This document shows, one piece after another, positions 60,667 to 64,000 of a DNA stretch of 64,000 nt. Source of the DNA: an uncultured Verrucomicrobiae bacterium (GTDB lineage Bacteria > Verrucomicrobiota > Verrucomicrobiia > Chthoniobacterales > UBA10450); the NCBI GenBank assembly GCA_963726745.1, contig CAVSDR010000003.1:128001-192000 (forward strand), given 5' to 3'. Positions within the stretch are counted from its first letter, which is position 1; each line of letters opens with the position of its first letter. A program made the translations under genes and the position numbers. The notes beneath the pieces are model-generated. The model ran no database searches and was not told where the DNA came from. It saw only the letters and a program-made list of their open reading frames with translations.

Positions 60667-61008
60667 ATGAGCACGATCATCGACACCATCGAAAAAGAGC
60701 AGGAGAAGAGCGAAGTCACCAACTTCAAGGTGGGCGACGGCGTGAAGGTGCACACGAAGGTGAAGGAAGGCGACAAAGAGCGCATCCAGATTTTCGCCGG
60801 GATCGTGATTGGTCGGAAAGGCCGCGGGATCAACGAAACCTTCACCGTCCGCCGCATCTCCTACGGCGAAGGCGTCGAGCGCGTGTTTCCCTTGCACTCG
60901 CCGCGCATCTCGAAGGTGGAAGTGGAAAAAGCCGGCAAAGCGCGCCGCGCAAAGCTGAATTACCTGCGCGACCGCAAGGGCAAGGAAGCGACCGCGGTTC
61001 GGGAGTAA
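60667..61008 (+). CDS. rplS: 50S ribosomal protein L19
   Basis: [49 protein letters not shown]. Confidence 0.97.
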   Translation: MSTIIDTIEKEQEKSEVTNFKVGDGVKVHTKVKEGDKERIQIFAGIVIGRKGRGINETFTVRRISYGEGVERVFPLHSPRISKVEVEKAGKARRAKLNYLRDRKGKEATAVRE

Positions 61009-61112
61009 GCGCACGCTTCCTCGATCGAGCACTGCACCCGTAAGGCGGGTGTTTTGAGGCTTGTCGACACCTTTGCCCTGCCGCTAGACTGCCGCTCAGC
61101 AGGAGAGGGCAA

Positions 61113-63410
61113 ATGGTAGCAAAGTGCTGGACCGGCGAAGAAGGCCGCGGCGTGCAAGCGCAGCGCGCGGAAACAACTTTGCATGGCCCGCGCCGGTTGC
61201 GATCGCGCGGACAGAAGCCCGTCGGCCTTTGCGCGGCGCTCGGGGCCTTGCTTGCGCTCGCGCCGATCACCGCCCGCGCAGTCCTGGAAGAGTGGACCGG
61301 CTTGTCCGGAACCGGCTCGAATTTTTCGGACGACGCCAACTGGAGTGATGGCAGCGCCCCGGCGAGCAATCTTTCCTTCACCGACGTGAGATTCGGACAG
61401 GTGACCTCAGCGTTCGCCTGGCGAAACCCGAATGTGGATGGGCCCTACATGGTCCACAGTGTCGGCTTTTACTCGAACGCGCCGGAGTATGTCTTTTACG
61501 GCACGACGTTGAAGGTCGGCACCGGCGGCATCAGTAATCAATCTTCCGCTCTCAACCAGGAGTTCGTCTGCCCGGTCGACTTTAGCGGAGTCGCTAATAG
61601 CAGCGTGAGCGTGGGCAACTCGAATGGCTTCCTTCGATTCACCGGCGCGACCACGCGGCCCACGGGCACACTGACGGTCGATACCATCGGATCGGTCCGG
61701 TTCAACAGCCTGGGCGGCTCGAGTTCCAGCGGCCTGACGAAGCAGGGCATCGGCACGCTTTACTGCACGTTCTCCGGCAGTGTGGGAGGCACTTTGGCGG
61801 TGAGCGGCGGCCGGCTTGAGACTGGCACGGCTTCGGGCACGGATGTCTTTACCAGCACAGGCGCGATCTCCGTTTCCGCATCGGGCGAGTTGGTCCTGAA
61901 TCGCAACCTGACCCTGGACGGAGCCACGCTCACCGTTATCACCATTGGCAACCTGCAGATTGCTTCCGGCAAAACGCTCCGGGTGCAGAACGGCGGAAGC
62001 GTTTCGCTCACCGGCACGAACGATCGCGTATTCAGCAGTGCAAACGTCGTCGTGACCGGCCCGGGATCCTCCTTTGTCAGTTCGGGAAACACCACCTCCT
62101 TTCCCGGCAGCACGGTCAGTGTCCAGGCAGGCGCCAGTTTCTCCGGTAATCTCATCACGTTCGCAGGGACGAATCTCTCGAGCCTGACGGTGTCCGGCGC
62201 CGGCTCCACCGCCACGGCCTCGCTCTTGAGACTGAACGGGGGGAACGGCACCGCCACCTTCAACCTTGGAAGCAGCGGAAGTTTCACCGCGGTCGAGATC
62301 GGGATGGCGGCGCCGAGCGCCAATGGCTCGCTGCAGGTGCAGGGCGGAGCGTCGGTGGTTGCAGACTCGTTAGGCGTGGCGGCGACGGATGCTTCCGGCA
62401 CAGGCAGCGTGACTGTTTCCGCCACTGGCTCGCAGCTGGCCGCGACCGGCGCGATCACGATCGGCAGCGCGAACAACAGCAGCGCCATGCTGACGGTGCA
62501 GAATGGCGCGTTCCTCACCACGGGCACTTCCACGCAGATCAATGCCACCGGGACGTTGAACATTCAGGCCGGCGGCACGCTCCGCGGCGCCTCCAGCTAC
62601 ACCGGCGTGGGATCCGTCATGCTGGCGGGTAATTTGCAGCCAGGGATGCCGTCGGGGCCGGATCGGACCAGGAGCATCAGCTTTGCGCAGAGCATCGCTT
62701 TCCAATCCACCAGTCACACGACCATGGAGCTGGCCGGGACGACGGCTGGGACGGATTACGACCAGATCACCTTCAACGGCGGCGGCCTCGCGCAGGTGAC
62801 CTGGGACGGCACGCTCAACGTCGTGCCCATCCTCGGATTCATTCCGCAGAACGGCGACGTCTTCGACCTCTTCAACTTCGACCCGGCGAAGGCGTTCGGC
62901 GCGTTTGCCACGATCAATCTTCCCGCGCTCCCGTCCGGCCGCTTTTGGCGCAACAATCTCTACAGCGATGGCACTCTGCGCGTCAGCTCCGTCCCGGACA
63001 GTTACGCCGAGTGGCAGATCGCCTACGGCACCGGCGCCTTCGAGCTCGATGACGACAACGATGGCATTCCCAACGGCGTCGAGTTTCTGCTTGGGACAAA
63101 TCCGAAGTTTTCCAGTGCCTCGCCCTTGCGCGAACTTGCTCCCGTTGTCGTCGGGTTCAATCTCCAGGTCGGCATGACCTTCCAGATGCCGCAGACGCCT
63201 GCGGCCGACGCGCGCTATCGCATCGAAGGCAGCGACGACATGCGCACGTGGCGCGAGATCGCGAGCAAGGACGGCGCGGGGCCGTGGAGCGGCACGGCCA
63301 GCGTTGCCACGGCCGCGCCCGTCGCGGGCTATGTGCAGGTCACGGTCACGGAGATGCGCACCTTCTCGACCGTGCGGCGTTTCCATCGGCTGGTCGCGGC
63401 GCTCCCGTAG
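61113..63410 (+). CDS. Secreted autotransporter-passenger-like beta-helix protein with Verrucomicrobia-type C-terminal domain
   Basis: Signal-like LCAALGALLALAPITARA; WTG..NFSD..NW, LTKQG.GTL and G/S/T-rich repeats; C-terminal DDDNDGIPNGVEFLLGTNP..RRFHRLV; start uncertain. Confidence 0.7.
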   Translation: MVAKCWTGEEGRGVQAQRAETTLHGPRRLRSRGQKPVGLCAALGALLALAPITARAVLEEWTGLSGTGSNFSDDANWSDGSAPASNLSFTDVRFGQVTSAFAWRNPNVDGPYMVHSVGFYSNAPEYVFYGTTLKVGTGGISNQSSALNQEFVCPVDFSGVANSSVSVGNSNGFLRFTGATTRPTGTLTVDTIGSVRFNSLGGSSSSGLTKQGIGTLYCTFSGSVGGTLAVSGGRLETGTASGTDVFTSTGAISVSASGELVLNRNLTLDGATLTVITIGNLQIASGKTLRVQNGGSVSLTGTNDRVFSSANVVVTGPGSSFVSSGNTTSFPGSTVSVQAGASFSGNLITFAGTNLSSLTVSGAGSTATASLLRLNGGNGTATFNLGSSGSFTAVEIGMAAPSANGSLQVQGGASVVADSLGVAATDASGTGSVTVSATGSQLAATGAITIGSANNSSAMLTVQNGAFLTTGTSTQINATGTLNIQAGGTLRGASSYTGVGSVMLAGNLQPGMPSGPDRTRSISFAQSIAFQSTSHTTMELAGTTAGTDYDQITFNGGGLAQVTWDGTLNVVPILGFIPQNGDVFDLFNFDPAKAFGAFATINLPALPSGRFWRNNLYSDGTLRVSSVPDSYAEWQIAYGTGAFELDDDNDGIPNGVEFLLGTNPKFSSASPLRELAPVVVGFNLQVGMTFQMPQTPAADARYRIEGSDDMRTWREIASKDGAGPWSGTASVATAAPVAGYVQVTVTEMRTFSTVRRFHRLVAALP

Positions 63411-63461
63411 GCGCGCGGTAATTTCTTCGAGCGCGTCCGCTTTTCCCGCTACACTTCCGCG

Positions 63462-64000
63462 ATGCGCCGCTGCGGGTTTCGCTATGAGAAAAAAACACGC
63501 GCGCTCGGTTTCACGGTCATCGCGGGACTCGATGAAGCGGGCCGGGGCGCGCTCGCCGGCCCGGTCGTGGCGGCGGCGGTCATTCTGCCCGAGAAATTCA
63601 AACACAAGCGGCTGAAGGATTCGAAACAACTCCTGCCGGAGCGGCGCGAGCAGATTTACCACGAGCTCGTGGGGCAGAGCGACATCGCCTGGGCGGTGGG
63701 GATGGTCGATTCGGTGGAAATCGATCGCATCAATATCCTGCGCGCGACTCATTCCGCCATGCGCGCCGCCGTGGCCGCGCTCGCCGCAACGCCCGACCAT
63801 GTCCTGATCGATGGCCTGCCCGTTTATCCTTTTCCGCTGCCGCAAACCGCGATCATCGACGGCGATTGCTACAGCCTGAGCATCGCGGCCGCGAGCGTGA
63901 TCGCGAAGGTCACGCGCGACCGGATCATGCGGGAATTTTGCGCGCGTTATCCGGAGTATTGCTTCAGCCAGCACAAGGGCTACGCAACCGAGCTGCACGT
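63462..64000 (+). CDS. rnhB: Ribonuclease HII (runs off the window; absent from the ORF track)
   Basis: IAGLDEAGRGALAGPVVAAAVIL, LKDSK, IDRINIL, LIDG, SIAAASVIAKVTRD, HKGY. Confidence 0.96.
   Translation, partial: MRRCGFRYEKKTRALGFTVIAGLDEAGRGALAGPVVAAAVILPEKFKHKRLKDSKQLLPERREQIYHELVGQSDIAWAVGMVDSVEIDRINILRATHSAMRAAVAALAATPDHVLIDGLPVYPFPLPQTAIIDGDCYSLSIAAASVIAKVTRDRIMREFCARYPEYCFSQHKGYATELH

Overview
High-GC bacterial chromosomal segment (about 65-67% GC by eye), most consistent with Verrucomicrobiota/Chthoniobacterales. That assignment is inferred from a PEP-CTERM protein, an ADOP-type permease, tandem PilB/GspE genes, a short RpoD-type sigma factor and Verrucomicrobia-style C-terminal domains. 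Contents in order: a surface-glycan cluster of glycosyl- and methyltransferases (0.3-17 kb), pyk, a sigma-70 factor, ino1, a T4P/T2SS-like pilB-pilB-pilC-pilin block, a trpA-dapF-dapA-dapB-folK-panB-ompA operon, amidase, DUF885, an MBL-nuclease/ATP-ligase fusion, a STAS-PP2C-grpE-dnaJ run, a large secreted endonuclease I-family protein, rsmE, a PEP-CTERM gene, a 21-bp tandem array, a sorbosone dehydrogenase, rplS, a secreted beta-helix-like protein and partial rnhB. No rRNA, tRNA, CRISPR or transposase was recognised. About eight genes carry small frameshifts, probably long-read indels. The main signal is not a gene: the non-palindromic motif GCCTAACGA(G) occurs about 34 times exactly and about 45 times as the CTAACGA core. 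A related GYYGNCTAA class adds about 28 sites. The motif is written into coding sequence through rare codons (TTA, CTA, AGG) and stop codons, as expected for a DNA-uptake-sequence-like or protein-bound genome-wide signal. All counts are manual and approximate.
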